A DNA stretch of 64,000 nucleotides, taken from NCBI GenBank assembly GCA_963665115.1, contig OY762007.1, positions 4,192,001-4,256,000 of the forward strand, written 5' to 3'. Shown here piece by piece: positions 10,047-20,894 of the stretch (within the stretch, counting starts at the first letter, position 1; every line of letters starts with the position of its first letter). Both the position numbers and the translations under genes were made by a program. Source of the stretch: an uncultured Rivularia sp. GTDB lineage: Bacteria > Cyanobacteriota > Cyanobacteriia > Cyanobacteriales > Nostocaceae. The notes under the pieces were generated by a model. It was not told where the DNA came from, did not search any database, and saw only the letters and a program-made list of their open reading frames with translations.

Positions 10047-11441
10047 ATGAAAATCACTCAAAGCAAAATCAACGAACTGCTAACCGAACCAGGGTGCGAA
10101 CACAATCACGAAAAAAATGGAGAGAAGAAAAATAAAGCCTGCAAGCAACAAGCACAACCTGGAGCAGCCCAAGGAGGTTGTTCTTTTGATGGAGCAATGA
10201 TTGCTCTGGTTCCAATTACCGATGCTGCTCATTTGGTACACGGACCTATTGCTTGTGCTGGTAATTCTTGGGGTAGTCGCGGTAGCCTTTCTTCTGGCCC
10301 AATGCTTTACAAAACAGGCTTTACTACCGACTTGAACGAAAATGATGTTATCTTCGGTAGCGAGAAAAAGCTTTACAAGGCTATCCAACACGTACAACAG
10401 AATCATAATCCCGAAGCTATATTTGTTTATTCCACTTGTGTCACAGCTTTAACGGGTGAAGATATAGATGCAGTTTGCAAAGCTGCTGCAAAAAAAGTTG
10501 GTATTCCTGTTATTCCTGTCAACGCACCAGGTTTTATTGGTAGTAAAAATCTTGGAAATCGTCTGGCTGGAGAGACTTTATTAGACTATGTTGTCGGTAC
10601 TTCTGAACCGGAATACACCACTCCATACGATATTAATTTGATCGGCGAATACAACATCGCTGGCGAGATGTGGAATGTTACACCAGTATTAGAAAAATTA
10701 GGCGTTCGCGTCTTAAGTAAAATTACAGGTGATGCCCGTTATAAAGAAGTCTCTTATGCTCACCGTGCCAAGCTGAACGTAATGATTTGCTCCAAAGCCA
10801 TGATCAATATGGCGCGGAAAATGGAGGAGCGTTATGGAATTCCTTATATAGAAGAGTCTTTTTACGGTGTAGCTGATATGAACCGCTTTTTGAGAACTGT
10901 AGCAAGTAAGTTGGGAGATAAAGATTTACAGGAGCGGACTGAAAAATTAATTGCCGAAGAAACTGCAAAGTTAGATGAAAAATTAGCTCCCTATCGTGCC
11001 CGGTTGAAAGGCAAGCGCGTTGTACTTTATACCGGAGGCGTAAAGAGCTGGTCAATTATTTCTGCTGCAAAAGACTTGGGCATGGAAGTTGTTGCCACCA
11101 GTACAAAAAAAAGTACGGAAGAAGATAAAGCCAAAATTCAGAAGTTGCTGGGTAAAGACGGAATTACCATGTCCAAGGGCAACCCCCAGGAATTGATCCG
11201 AGTAATCGGTGAAACCAAAGCAGATATGCTGATTGCTGGCGGTAGAAATCAATACACTGCTCTCAAAGCAAGAATTCCTTTCCTCGACATCAACCAAGAA
11301 CGTCATCACGCTTATGCAGGCTATGACGGAATGGTAAATATGGCCCGAGAATTAGACGAAGCGCTCTACAGCCCAGTTTGGCAACAAATACGTCAGCCTG
11401 CTCCTTGGGAAATCAGTGAACAGTTAACAGTCAACAGTTAA
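10047..11441 (+). CDS. nifE: FeMo-cofactor scaffold NifE
   Basis: [23 protein letters not shown] and YTGGVKSWS; uninterrupted. Confidence 0.97.
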   Translation: MKITQSKINELLTEPGCEHNHEKNGEKKNKACKQQAQPGAAQGGCSFDGAMIALVPITDAAHLVHGPIACAGNSWGSRGSLSSGPMLYKTGFTTDLNENDVIFGSEKKLYKAIQHVQQNHNPEAIFVYSTCVTALTGEDIDAVCKAAAKKVGIPVIPVNAPGFIGSKNLGNRLAGETLLDYVVGTSEPEYTTPYDINLIGEYNIAGEMWNVTPVLEKLGVRVLSKITGDARYKEVSYAHRAKLNVMICSKAMINMARKMEERYGIPYIEESFYGVADMNRFLRTVASKLGDKDLQERTEKLIAEETAKLDEKLAPYRARLKGKRVVLYTGGVKSWSIISAAKDLGMEVVATSTKKSTEEDKAKIQKLLGKDGITMSKGNPQELIRVIGETKADMLIAGGRNQYTALKARIPFLDINQERHHAYAGYDGMVNMARELDEALYSPVWQQIRQPAPWEISEQLTVNS

Positions 11442-11537
11442 CAGTAATCAGTTACCAGTTACCAAGAATTTTTTTTAAAATTGATCGCAACCGATTTAGG
11501 AAATTGTGTTGAACTTTCGTAGTGGGAGCGTCTCGCT

Positions 11538-11720
11538 CCCTATTCCCCATATTTCCTATTTATTGTTTCCAATTGCCCATTCGTTATTCTTAATTCCTAA
11601 TTCCCAATCCCAATTTAAAATCTTTGACCTCTAACCCTATTCCCCATATTTCCTATTTATTGTTTCTAATTGCCCATTCGTTATTCTTAATTCCCAATTT
11701 AAAACCTTTAACCTCTAACC
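11538..11720. repeat. Tandem duplication of a ~85-97 bp unit in the nifE-nifN spacer
   Basis: ccctattccccatatttcctatttattgttt..cctctaa starts at about 11538 and again at about 11635. Confidence 0.8.
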
Positions 11721-11728
11721 TTTAAATT

Positions 11729-11848
11729 ATGGCTATTGTCGCAACTCAAAATAAACCAGTTATAGTCAATCCTCTCAAGCAAAGCCAAACCTTGGGTGCA
11801 ACTTTAGCCTTTCTAGGATTGAAAGGTATGATACCACTCGTCCACGGT
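11729..11848 (+). CDS. nifN: FeMo-cofactor scaffold NifN, 5' segment
   Basis: MAIVATQNKPVIVNPLKQSQTLGATLAFLGLKGMIPLVHG; not in the ORF track. Confidence 0.93.
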
Positions 11849-11962
11849 ATTCGAGGTTGACTTAAAACCCTAATATCTCGTAAACTGTTTGCCTCTAACT
11901 ATTTAGTTTAACTAATAGTTTAAGCTGAACATTTACAAGATTAGTCAATATTTAGTCAACAG

Positions 11963-13351
11963 ATGGATGATATACAGGGTAAAGTTTTTAACGATTTTGA
12001 ACCTACTTCTTATACAGACGGTAGCTACTTGGGGATGGTAAAACATAGCAAGGAATCTAAAAAACATTATGAAATGAAGTTTAAAGAAGAGTTAGTCAAA
12101 GTTAATCAGCGACTACGTTCTAGCAAAACTAAGGTAAGCATAGAATCGACTAAAGGGGCATTACAGCTTAGAGCTACATTGCCACTCAAGCCAGATGATA
12201 CTCATCCTCAAGGCAAATTGACTAAGCAATATAAAATAAGCTTGGGAATCCCCGCTAACTTTGAAGGCTTGAAAACTGCCGAGGAGGAAGCTTATGAATT
12301 AGGTAGATTGATTGCTCGTAAAATGTTTGTTTGGAATGACAAGTATTTAGGTACAAAAGCTGTTCAAAAAAACAATATTACTTTTGATAAATTTTGCGAA
12401 CAGTTAGAAGAAAGATTCTTTGAGAAAAGAAAACGTACTCTTAAAAGTGAAAATACATTTGATGGCTTCAAGTACCCTTTTAAAAAATATTTTTCTGGTA
12501 GTGAAATTATCACTATAGATGCAATAAAGAAAAGAGTACTTACCACGACACAGCCATATGTAAGGAAAAGGGCCATAGTTGCTGCTTGTTTTATATGCAA
12601 GCAATTAGACATCGAACATTCATTCAATGATCTAAAGTTGCCGCTCATTCCATCAAAAAGGAATATTCCTAGTGATGAGGAAATAAAGATATCTTTCAAA
12701 CTTTTTGATGAATACTTTACGGCATTACCTCTAAAAAGAGAACAAAGTGTTCAGAAAAATAAATTGCATAAAATAATTTATATATTAATGAGTGCATATG
12801 GATTAAGACCTAGAGAAATTTTAAATCAACCCGATATTGATTGGTTTGTATCAAAAAATAATGCTCAAAAAACTTTTAAAGTTCATGAGTCGAACAAAAC
12901 TGGCTATAGAGAGGTATTCCCTTTTATGCCTGAGTTATTGGATCTGGTTGATGTTAATTCTGACAGTGATTTGATTAATAGTTTAAGGAATGCTATTAAA
13001 TGGCAAGATATAAAGCTTTTAACCGCCAGAGTTACTGAAATAAGTAAATATTTTTCAAAAGTTGGGATACCATTTAAGCCTTACGATTTACGTCACGCTT
13101 GCGCTATTCGCGCACACCTGCAAGGAGTTCCGATTAAAGCCGCTGCTGACAATCTAGGACATTCGGTTGAAATGCACACAAAAGTTTATCAGCGGTGGTT
13201 TGGACTTGAAAACAGAAGAAAAGCTTTTGAACAAACGTTTGAAGACATAAACGAGATAGATAGATTGAGAGACGAACTAACGCGAGCTAAGCAAGAAATA
13301 GCCGATTTAAAGTTAAAATTAGCTAGGACTAAGTTAGAAAAGATGGTGTAA
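11963..13351 (+). CDS. XisA/XisC-family tyrosine recombinase of the nifN element
   Basis: YGLRPRE, YDLRHACAIR and LGHSVEMHTKVYQRWF. Confidence 0.93.
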   Translation: MDDIQGKVFNDFEPTSYTDGSYLGMVKHSKESKKHYEMKFKEELVKVNQRLRSSKTKVSIESTKGALQLRATLPLKPDDTHPQGKLTKQYKISLGIPANFEGLKTAEEEAYELGRLIARKMFVWNDKYLGTKAVQKNNITFDKFCEQLEERFFEKRKRTLKSENTFDGFKYPFKKYFSGSEIITIDAIKKRVLTTTQPYVRKRAIVAACFICKQLDIEHSFNDLKLPLIPSKRNIPSDEEIKISFKLFDEYFTALPLKREQSVQKNKLHKIIYILMSAYGLRPREILNQPDIDWFVSKNNAQKTFKVHESNKTGYREVFPFMPELLDLVDVNSDSDLINSLRNAIKWQDIKLLTARVTEISKYFSKVGIPFKPYDLRHACAIRAHLQGVPIKAAADNLGHSVEMHTKVYQRWFGLENRRKAFEQTFEDINEIDRLRDELTRAKQEIADLKLKLARTKLEKMV

Positions 13352-13381
13352 CTGCAACTCTAATCGCTATATAGCTATTTC

Positions 13382-13410
13382 AAAAGTAGGTGAAAAACAC
13401 CTATTTTTTT
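13382..13410 (+). terminator. Intrinsic terminator after the nifN-element recombinase
   Basis: taggtg-aaaaa-caccta followed by T7. Confidence 0.65.
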
Positions 13411-13728
13411 GTGCTTACAACGATTTTAATAGCTAAAACTGTATTTATTATAAGTAGTAAAAATAATAAGCACGTGGATATGTATCTATTATAAAAACTG
13501 CTCAGAATGAACTATTTTGATTGTTTTTATTTTCTAAAAAATAATTAATATAATATCTATTGTCAAATTAGTAAATAATCAGTAAACAAGTAATTAAATT
13601 AATTTACTGTTTTAACTGACGTTTATCTTTTTCAGGTGATGAAAATTAGTCAATTCTTAGTCAACAGTTAATAGCTGTATGCCAGAATGCTTGAAGCAGT
13701 AATATTTTAGCTATCCTTAGTTTCGCAC

Positions 13729-14925
13729 CACGGTTCACAAGGATGTACGGCTTTCGCTAAAGTTGTATTAGTACGCCATTTTCGAGAGGCGATTCCTCTT
13801 TCTACTACGGCAATGACGGAAGTATCTACTATTTTGGGTGGAGAGGATAATGTCGAGCAAGCAATTCTAACTTTGGTGGAAAAGGTAAATCCTGAAATTA
13901 TTGGTCTTTGTACTACGGGGCTGACGGAAACTAGGGGGGATGATATGGAACAAATCCTCAGAGATTTTCGTAAAAGTCATCCTCATTTGAACGAGTTACC
14001 GATTTTGTTAGTCTCTTCACCAGATTTTAAAGGAGCCTTGCAAGACGGATATGCTGCTGCTGTAGAAAGCATGGTTCGCGAACTTCCTCAAAAAGGTGAA
14101 ATTAAAGGTTCACAAGTTAATATCTTGATAAGTTCCGCTTTTACCCCAGGGGATTTACAGGAAGTCAAAGAAATTGTTAGTGCTTTTGGATTGACTCCTA
14201 TTCTTATACCCGATCTTTCCGCCTCATTAGATGGTCATCTAGACGATTCTTGGAGTCCGATAACGGGCGGTGGTACGACTTTGAAGCAACTGCGTGAAAT
14301 GGGCAGTTCGGCTTTTACTATTGCGATCGGCGAGAGTATGCGGGGTGCAGCGGAAATTTTAGATAAACGCTTTGCAATTCCTTACGAATTATTTACAGAG
14401 CTAACTGGATTAGATGCTGTAGATAACTTTTTACAAGCGCTATCAGATCTTAGTGGTGTTAGCGTTCCAGAAAAATATCGTCGGCAACGCCGTCAATTAC
14501 AAGACGCGATGCTCGATACTCACTTTTTCTTTGGTCGCAAGCGGGTATCCTTAGCTTTAGAACCCGATCAGCTTTACACAACGGCTAATTTTATGCAATC
14601 AATGGGAGCAGAAATTCAAGCCGCAGTCACCACTACACGTTCTCCTTTACTGGAAAAACTTCCTCTCGAAAAAGTTATCATTGGTGACTTAGAAGATTTT
14701 GAGCAAGTTGCCACGGGTTCTGACTTATTAATTGGTAACTCTAACGTTAAAACAGTTGCTCGCAAGTTAAATATTCCTCTTTATCGCCAAGGTATCCCCA
14801 TTTTTGACCGTTTAGGTATAGGTCAATTTAATAAAGTTGGCTATCGAGGAACTATGCAAATTTTGTTTGACATTGGCAACGTGTTTTTAGAGCAAGAGGA
14901 AATGAGTGTTAAACACGCTCATTAA
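13729..14925 (+). CDS. nifN: NifN, 3' segment
   Basis: HGSQGCTAFAKVVLVRHFREAIPLSTTAMTE in frame with ORF 13813..14925. The rejoined protein is 436 aa. Confidence 0.95.
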   Translation, partial: HGSQGCTAFAKVVLVRHFREAIPLSTTAMTEVSTILGGEDNVEQAILTLVEKVNPEIIGLCTTGLTETRGDDMEQILRDFRKSHPHLNELPILLVSSPDFKGALQDGYAAAVESMVRELPQKGEIKGSQVNILISSAFTPGDLQEVKEIVSAFGLTPILIPDLSASLDGHLDDSWSPITGGGTTLKQLREMGSSAFTIAIGESMRGAAEILDKRFAIPYELFTELTGLDAVDNFLQALSDLSGVSVPEKYRRQRRQLQDAMLDTHFFFGRKRVSLALEPDQLYTTANFMQSMGAEIQAAVTTTRSPLLEKLPLEKVIIGDLEDFEQVATGSDLLIGNSNVKTVARKLNIPLYRQGIPIFDRLGIGQFNKVGYRGTMQILFDIGNVFLEQEEMSVKHAH

Positions 14926-15046
14926 ATTAGGAGTTAGGAATTATTAATTGGGAGTAAGAAATAAGAGTAAAAAGTTAAGAGTCATAAGTATTAAAGCTTT
15001 GACCTTTGACCTTGAACCTTTAACCTAATTTAAAGGAGTAATACAC

Positions 15047-15460
15047 ATGAAAATTGCCTTTACCACGAGCGATAACGTTCATATTAATGCTCATTTTGGT
15101 TCAGCAAAAGCGATTGATGTTTATGAAATCTCAGACGATGGCTATCATTTTGTAGAAACTCTTTCTTTTGGTGGTGAACTGAAAGAAGATGGAAATGAAG
15201 ATAAATTAGTACCGAAACTAAAAGCCTTAGAAGATTGCACCATCGTTTATGTTACAGCAATCGGAGGTAGCGCTGCTGCTCGCTTAATTAAAAAGGGTGT
15301 CACCCCAGTTAAAGCGCGTTCCGAACAAGATGAAATCAAAGAACTTTTAGAAAGATTGGTGCAAACTCTCAAAGGAAGTCCTCCACCTTGGTTGCGTAAA
15401 GCTCTACAAAAAAAAGACCGTAACTTTGAAGATGAATTAGAAGAGGATGCAACTGTATGA
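15047..15460 (+). CDS. nifX: NifX
   Basis: MKIAFTTSD..INAHFGSA and AIGGSAAARL; synteny. Confidence 0.95.
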   Translation: MKIAFTTSDNVHINAHFGSAKAIDVYEISDDGYHFVETLSFGGELKEDGNEDKLVPKLKALEDCTIVYVTAIGGSAAARLIKKGVTPVKARSEQDEIKELLERLVQTLKGSPPPWLRKALQKKDRNFEDELEEDATV

Positions 15461-15933
15461 ACCCAAGTAATAGTGTGAACGGTACGGCAACTAGCGATGT
15501 CTTAAGTTCTTCTTTTATTAAGGCATTAGTGCAGCAAATTCGAGGTTTAGATACTTACGGAACTTATAAGAAGTGGTCGGATGATTTACTTCTTAAACCC
15601 TACGTTGTTAGCAAACAGCAGAAACGCGAAGTTTCTGTCGAGGGTGATGTTGACACCAGGACAATATCTCGGATTAACGCTTTTTACCGGGCTATAGCAA
15701 TTCGCATCGAACAGGAAACTGGTTTGCTATCGCAGGTTGTTGCCGATTTGAATCATGAAGGTTTCGGATGGGTATTAGTATTTTCCGGTCGTCTTTTGTT
15801 GGTTAAAAAGACTATGCGGGATGTGCATAGATTTGGTTTTAATTCTTTGGAAAAACTAGCAGAAGAAGGAGATATTTTAGTGCAGAAAGGCATTGAATTA
15901 GCTCAGCGTTTTCGCGAAGTAGGAGAACTTTAA
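15457..15933 (+). CDS. NifX-associated nitrogen fixation protein (DUF269)
   Basis: LNHEGFG..GRL..RDVHRFGF; synteny. Confidence 0.9.
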   Translation: MNPSNSVNGTATSDVLSSSFIKALVQQIRGLDTYGTYKKWSDDLLLKPYVVSKQQKREVSVEGDVDTRTISRINAFYRAIAIRIEQETGLLSQVVADLNHEGFGWVLVFSGRLLLVKKTMRDVHRFGFNSLEKLAEEGDILVQKGIELAQRFREVGEL

Positions 15934-16025
15934 ATTGTAGTTAGTTGTTAGTTGTTAGTTGTTAGTGGTTAGTATAACAACTATCAACTATCAATTATCA
16001 ATTATCAACTAACACCTATTAGGAG

Positions 16026-16244
16026 ATGTCTATGGCTCAGACCAAAGAAACAACAAATATTGAAGAGTTAAAAAAAAAGATAAAGCGTCTTAATAGTAAA
16101 GCAGGTCAAATGAAAATGGACTTGCACGATCTGGCGGAAGGTTTACCTACTGATTACGAAAACCTGATGGGAGTAGCTGAGGCTACTTACAAAATATATT
16201 GTCAATTAAATGAACTTAAACAGCAATTGAAAGCAATGGAGTAA
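16026..16244 (+). CDS. Rop-like nif protein (DUF683/CCE_0567 family)
   Basis: KMDLHDLAEGLP motif. Confidence 0.85.
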   Translation: MSMAQTKETTNIEELKKKIKRLNSKAGQMKMDLHDLAEGLPTDYENLMGVAEATYKIYCQLNELKQQLKAME

Positions 16245-16249
16245 CCATT

Positions 16250-16567
16250 ATGGCTCAAACCTTAGAAGAATTCAATCAACTAGTTAATACAGAAGATTAT
16301 TTCAAGTTTTTTGAATTGGAATACGACCAAAAAGTCGTACACGTAAATCGGCTACATATTTTGCAAAAGTTTTCTGCAAATATTAAGGAGATTGATAAGA
16401 ATAATTCCGGACTTAAAGACTCAGAATTATTAGGTAAATATCGTGAAGCATTAGAGAATGCTTATCAGCTATTTATAGAGTCAACGCCTCAAGAACAAAA
16501 ACTTTTCAAAGTGTTTCACCAGAAGCCAAAAAATGTAGTCAAGCTGACAGAAATTGATTCGGATTAG
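16250..16567 (+). CDS. nifW: NifW
   Basis: EDYFKFFELEYD..VNRLHILQKF and LFKVF. Confidence 0.93.
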   Translation: MAQTLEEFNQLVNTEDYFKFFELEYDQKVVHVNRLHILQKFSANIKEIDKNNSGLKDSELLGKYREALENAYQLFIESTPQEQKLFKVFHQKPKNVVKLTEIDSD

Positions 16568-16578
16568 GAGGTAATAAA

Positions 16579-17379
16579 GTGGTAAACCTAACACCTACCG
16601 AGTTGGAACGCTATAGTCGCCAAATGTCACTCCCTAATTTTGGTGAATTAGCACAAAAGCGTTTGAAGTCAGCTACGGTTCTGGTTACGGGTGTGGGAGG
16701 ATTAGGCGGTACGGCTGCACTTTACCTTGCGGTTGCAGGCGTAGGACGATTAATCCTCGTTAGAGGAGGTGACTTGCGGCTTGATGATATGAATCGTCAA
16801 ATTCTCATGACTCACGATTGGGTAGGAAAGCCAAGGGTTAACAAAGCCAAGGAAACACTACAAGCTATCAATCCTGACATTGAGATAGAAACAATTCATG
16901 ATTACATCAATCCGGATAACGTAGACTCATTAGTACAGCAAGCCGATATGGCTTTGGACTGCGCTCATAACTTTACAGAGCGTAATTTGTTAAATGAAGC
17001 TTGCGTGCGTTGGCGAAAGCCAATGGTAGAAGCCGCGATGGATTCAATGGAGGCTTATTTAACTACAATTATTCCTGGTGTAACCCCCTGTCTATCATGC
17101 CTATTTCCAGAGAAACCTGATTGGGATAGACGTGCATTTTCAGTGTTGGGTGTAGTTTCCGGTACTTTAGCTTGTCTAACAGCTTTGGAAGCTATCAAGT
17201 TAATCACCGGGTTTAGTCAGCCTCTACTATCGCAATTACTGACGATAGATTTTATTAGAATGGACTTCGCTAAACGTCGTTCTTATCGCGATCGCGAATG
17301 TCCGGTATGCGGTAATAGCGCTCCCTGGAGGTATTCGCACTCTCAACCTCTTGAAGCCACTGGTAATATCAAATCCTAG
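16579..17379 (+). CDS. hesA: HesA (ThiF/MoeB family)
   Basis: ERYSRQ, GVGGLG and CxxC pairs; synteny. Confidence 0.93.
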   Translation: MVNLTPTELERYSRQMSLPNFGELAQKRLKSATVLVTGVGGLGGTAALYLAVAGVGRLILVRGGDLRLDDMNRQILMTHDWVGKPRVNKAKETLQAINPDIEIETIHDYINPDNVDSLVQQADMALDCAHNFTERNLLNEACVRWRKPMVEAAMDSMEAYLTTIIPGVTPCLSCLFPEKPDWDRRAFSVLGVVSGTLACLTALEAIKLITGFSQPLLSQLLTIDFIRMDFAKRRSYRDRECPVCGNSAPWRYSHSQPLEATGNIKS

Positions 17380-17527
17380 CTTCTACATCTCATCAATATC
17401 GATGCAAGCCGATTTTACATAGTTTGAAGCTTTAGTTAAAACGGAACGCAATTCCAGCATTGCCAATAGAGAAAATTTTTCATTCCCTAAACAAAACAAT
17501 CATCATCTACAAGTACGGAGAAACACC

Positions 17528-17902
17528 ATGACCATTAGTTTGACAGAAACAGCAGCACAACGTTTAAGTTCGTTTTTACAAGATACTTCAACTTCGGAAA
17601 ACGAAAAGCCTAAAGGTATCCGAGTCTCCGCTAAAGATGGTGGTTGTAACGGCTACGAATATGCAATGAACACCACCAGTAAACCTGCTGCGGATGATTT
17701 GGTGGTTAAACAAGACGACATCACTATTTATGTTGATGCAAAAAGTGCGCCGTTGTTGGATGGGATGGTAATCGATTTTATCGAAGGCATGATGGAAAGC
17801 GGCTTTAAGTTTACTAATCCCAATGCAACCAGCACCTGCGGTTGTGGCAAGTCATTTGAAACTGGTGACGGTACCCCTAACGGTACACCTTGCAATCAAT
17901 AA
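17528..17902 (+). CDS. hesB: HesB/IscA Fe-S assembly protein
   Basis: GGCNGYEY and NPNATSTCGCGKSF. Confidence 0.93.
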   Translation: MTISLTETAAQRLSSFLQDTSTSENEKPKGIRVSAKDGGCNGYEYAMNTTSKPAADDLVVKQDDITIYVDAKSAPLLDGMVIDFIEGMMESGFKFTNPNATSTCGCGKSFETGDGTPNGTPCNQ

Positions 17903-18103
17903 ATTGTTAGTAGTTAGTGGTTAGTAGTTAGTAGTTAGTGGTTAGTAGCTTGCTTATAATTCCTTCACTGTAAGCTGTGCCTGATAGTTTGCCCTTCATA
18001 AACTTTCAATTAACAAATAGCTAACAACTAATAACTAATAACTAACAACTAATAACTCACAACTAACAACCAAAACTTATATTTGTTTGAGGAGAACAGA
18101 AAC

Positions 18104-18403
18104 ATGGCAAGTTACGAAGTTAGATTGATTAACAAAAAGGAAAATTTAGATACCACAGTAGAAATTGACGAAGAAACCACCATCTTAGAAGGAGCAGAAG
18201 AAGCGGGTATTGAATTACCTTTCAGTTGCTCTAGCGGTTCTTGCTCAAGCTGTGTTGGTAAAGTAGTTGAAGGCGAAATCGACCAATCAGACCAAATCTT
18301 TTTGGATGACGAGCAAATGTCCAAAGGATTCGCTCTACTTTGCGTCACCTATCCCCGCTCCAACTGCACAATTAAAACTCATCAAGAACCTTACTTGGTA
18401 TAG
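18104..18403 (+). CDS. fdxH: Heterocyst [2Fe-2S] ferredoxin
   Basis: [12 protein letters not shown] and [22 protein letters not shown] before ATG at 18104. Confidence 0.93.
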   Translation: MASYEVRLINKKENLDTTVEIDEETTILEGAEEAGIELPFSCSSGSCSSCVGKVVEGEIDQSDQIFLDDEQMSKGFALLCVTYPRSNCTIKTHQEPYLV

Positions 18404-18441
18404 AGTTTCGATTTAATAATTACAAGATAGTTTAATTTTTT

Positions 18442-18471
18442 GTCATAGCTTTAAGTAGCTATGGCTTTTTT
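18442..18471 (+). terminator. Intrinsic terminator after fdxH
   Basis: gtcatagct..agctatggc followed by a T tract. Confidence 0.65.
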
Positions 18472-18545
18472 ATTTGGGAATTGGGCATTGGGCATTGGTA
18501 ATTGTTCCTAACTCCCTACTCCCTACTCCCTACTCCCTAATTTTA

Positions 18546-18755
18546 TTAATCTACACCAACCATAACGTCTGTTGCTTTAACTACAATGTAAGCCTCTTTT
18601 CCTAAAGAAAGATGCATCTGATCTGCGGATGATTTAGTAATAACTGAAACAACTTCTACTCCTGGTGCGATTTCTAAAGTTACTTCAGTACTAACAACTC
18701 CAGGTATAATCTTTTTTACAGTTCCTTTTAAGTTATTGCGAGCGCTAACTTTCAT
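18546..18755 (-). CDS. mop: Molybdate-binding Mop/TOBE protein
   Basis: MKVSARNNLKG..SVIT..VKATDV. Confidence 0.9.
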   Translation of the reverse strand: MKVSARNNLKGTVKKIIPGVVSTEVTLEIAPGVEVVSVITKSSADQMHLSLGKEAYIVVKATDVMVGVD

Positions 18756-18891
18756 GGTTTTATTTTTGTTTAGTAATTTAATACTTTATTATCTTATCAA
18801 AACTATATTATTCATATGATTTATTTCAACTTTTATTCATGATTAATCAATCATTCTTCACTGTAATTCACGGATATTAACTTTAAAAACA

Positions 18892-19530
18892 ATGTCAAAA
18901 CCAAACGATTCTAAATCTATAAGTGATATTGCTCCTCGCAATTGGTCGAATTATTACAAAGCTGTTGCTAATCGTCCACCTAGAGAAACTTTGCTCACTG
19001 CGTTAACAAATTTTGAGCGCGATATTCCCAAAGCTGAATCGAAAAGAGCTATTGATTTGGGCTGTGGAGACGGACGAGATACTGTGGAATTACTGCGCCG
19101 TGGTTGGAATGTTACGGCTATTGACGGCGAACAAGAGGCTATTATCCGGTTGTTACAGCGTTCCGATATTGATACCAAACTTTTACAAACTCGCATCGAT
19201 CAATTTGAAAATATTGAATTGCCATTGGAGGTTGATTTAATCAATGCTAGTTTTAGCCTTCCTTTTTGCAATCCAAAGAATTTTTCCGATTTATGGCATA
19301 AAATTGTCTCTAATTTAATTCCTGGAAGTCGTTTCAGCGGTCATTTATTTGGGAATAGGGATTCTTGGGCAACTGATTCAACTATGAATCATCATACTTT
19401 ATCGGATGTCAGATTACTTCTACAACCTTTTCAAATAGAATTACTTAAGGAAGAGGAGCACCCCGGTAAAACTGCTTTAGGAAACGAAAAGTATTGGCAT
19501 CTTTTTCACATTGTCGCACGTAAAAAATAA
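18892..19530 (+). CDS. Class I SAM-dependent methyltransferase
   Basis: AIDLGCGDGRD motif I. Confidence 0.85.
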   Translation: MSKPNDSKSISDIAPRNWSNYYKAVANRPPRETLLTALTNFERDIPKAESKRAIDLGCGDGRDTVELLRRGWNVTAIDGEQEAIIRLLQRSDIDTKLLQTRIDQFENIELPLEVDLINASFSLPFCNPKNFSDLWHKIVSNLIPGSRFSGHLFGNRDSWATDSTMNHHTLSDVRLLLQPFQIELLKEEEHPGKTALGNEKYWHLFHIVARKK

Positions 19531-20519
19531 GTTACAAGTTTCCACCTTGTAAGAAGAAAACGGTAACACACCACAATAGTTATAAGTATTGCGAATTATT
19601 ATCGTATATTAGCTTACAAAATCATTTATGAAGTCGATCGCATTTATATGTTACAAAAAAATAGTATCAGTGGATTCTTTTTTTTTATTCGTTGTGTTTA
19701 TTATAGGTCTAGCTCAAAACATAGATTCCCTAAGCGTGAGATATTGCTTTTTTATGGCTGACATTATCTAAGTACAATTACTACTTCAATTTATGTTCGG
19801 AACAGGTATTTTCATTTGATTTTCGATTATCTAGGCAATTCCAATCAAGATTGTTTAACTGCTCGGATAAAGGTGAAAAAATAATATCCTCTCGAAATTC
19901 CGACATACGCAAGCGATTAGTAGTAATTAATATTACCGCTAACAAAGCTCGCATCTGTTCTTAACAGATATTGGAAAACCCTTACAGATAAATGTTTCTA
20001 TCCACCAAGCAATAGGATTATTCAAGATTGCTTGATAACCGGAAGGGTTGTTCTTCCTATAATTTATTACCCCTCATTGCTGCAATCGTTTATCTATGAC
20101 ATCAATTTGTTTATATATTTTACACAATGAACAAAAAATAATTAACAATACTTCTATCATCAACTATGTGGAAAATCTAACCCTACTTTATATAAAAGTA
20201 AGGGTTTAGTTAAGGAAGTTAATTGAACGTTAAAGGATGGGTTATTCACCCGTAACGGTTCTTTTTTTAATGTCATATACTAACTTTATTGATTGTATAT
20301 GATTATAATAGTTGAGGAAGTATTAGATTGTAGAAATTACGATTAATGAGTAAATATTCTGTGGCTAAATATATATTTAGCTAACTTTTTGGTTTTTGAT
20401 TATTGCTTATATAGCAGTTTTTTGCAGACTGAAAATATAGAATATTTGGCTACAATTCAATATTCGATCTATGGTATTGTGATTTGAGTTTGAAAGAATC
20501 AATAAACAGGCCTTATCAA

Positions 20520-20894
20520 ATGAACAGTAAGTATTTCTTTCAGAATGATGATTTGGGACCATTTCAACCTTCATCGGCAGATATTATATTGCGTCAGCAG
20601 TTGGAAAAATCTTTAAGTAAGTTTTTCTATGAAAACTGCGATCGCAAAATTAGAGATTTGTTATCTGTCTGTCGCTGGTATGTTAGTACCCATACCTCTG
20701 CAATGACTCTGGTAATTGAATGTCCGGATCAAGTTACTAACTGGCGGATTTTGCAAAAAATGGTATCAATGGCATCATTGCTGGACAACATTACTAGCAA
20801 TGCGAAAATTCGCGTTTGTCCCCCCAGTAGCGAAGGAATGCCTTTTGAAATGAGGGTGGACGAATTGTCTGTTTATCAGGAAGACTCAGCTTGA
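20520..20894 (+). CDS. Conserved cyanobacterial hypothetical protein
   Basis: Open frame 20484..20894; ATG at 20520 is the likely start. Confidence 0.6.
   Translation: MNSKYFFQNDDLGPFQPSSADIILRQQLEKSLSKFFYENCDRKIRDLLSVCRWYVSTHTSAMTLVIECPDQVTNWRILQKMVSMASLLDNITSNAKIRVCPPSSEGMPFEMRVDELSVYQEDSA

Larger units (their letters stand above)
11842..13734. mobile_element. nifN excision element (1886 bp excised), core direct repeat CCACGGT
   Basis: CCACGGT at 11842-11848 and 13728-13734. Recombination restores LVHGSQGCTAFAK. Confidence 0.95.

Noticed and set aside
19575..19610. Fur-box-like tattgcgaattattatc and a possible iron-regulated sRNA
   Set aside because: Weak match in AT-rich DNA, with no supported target gene or terminator.
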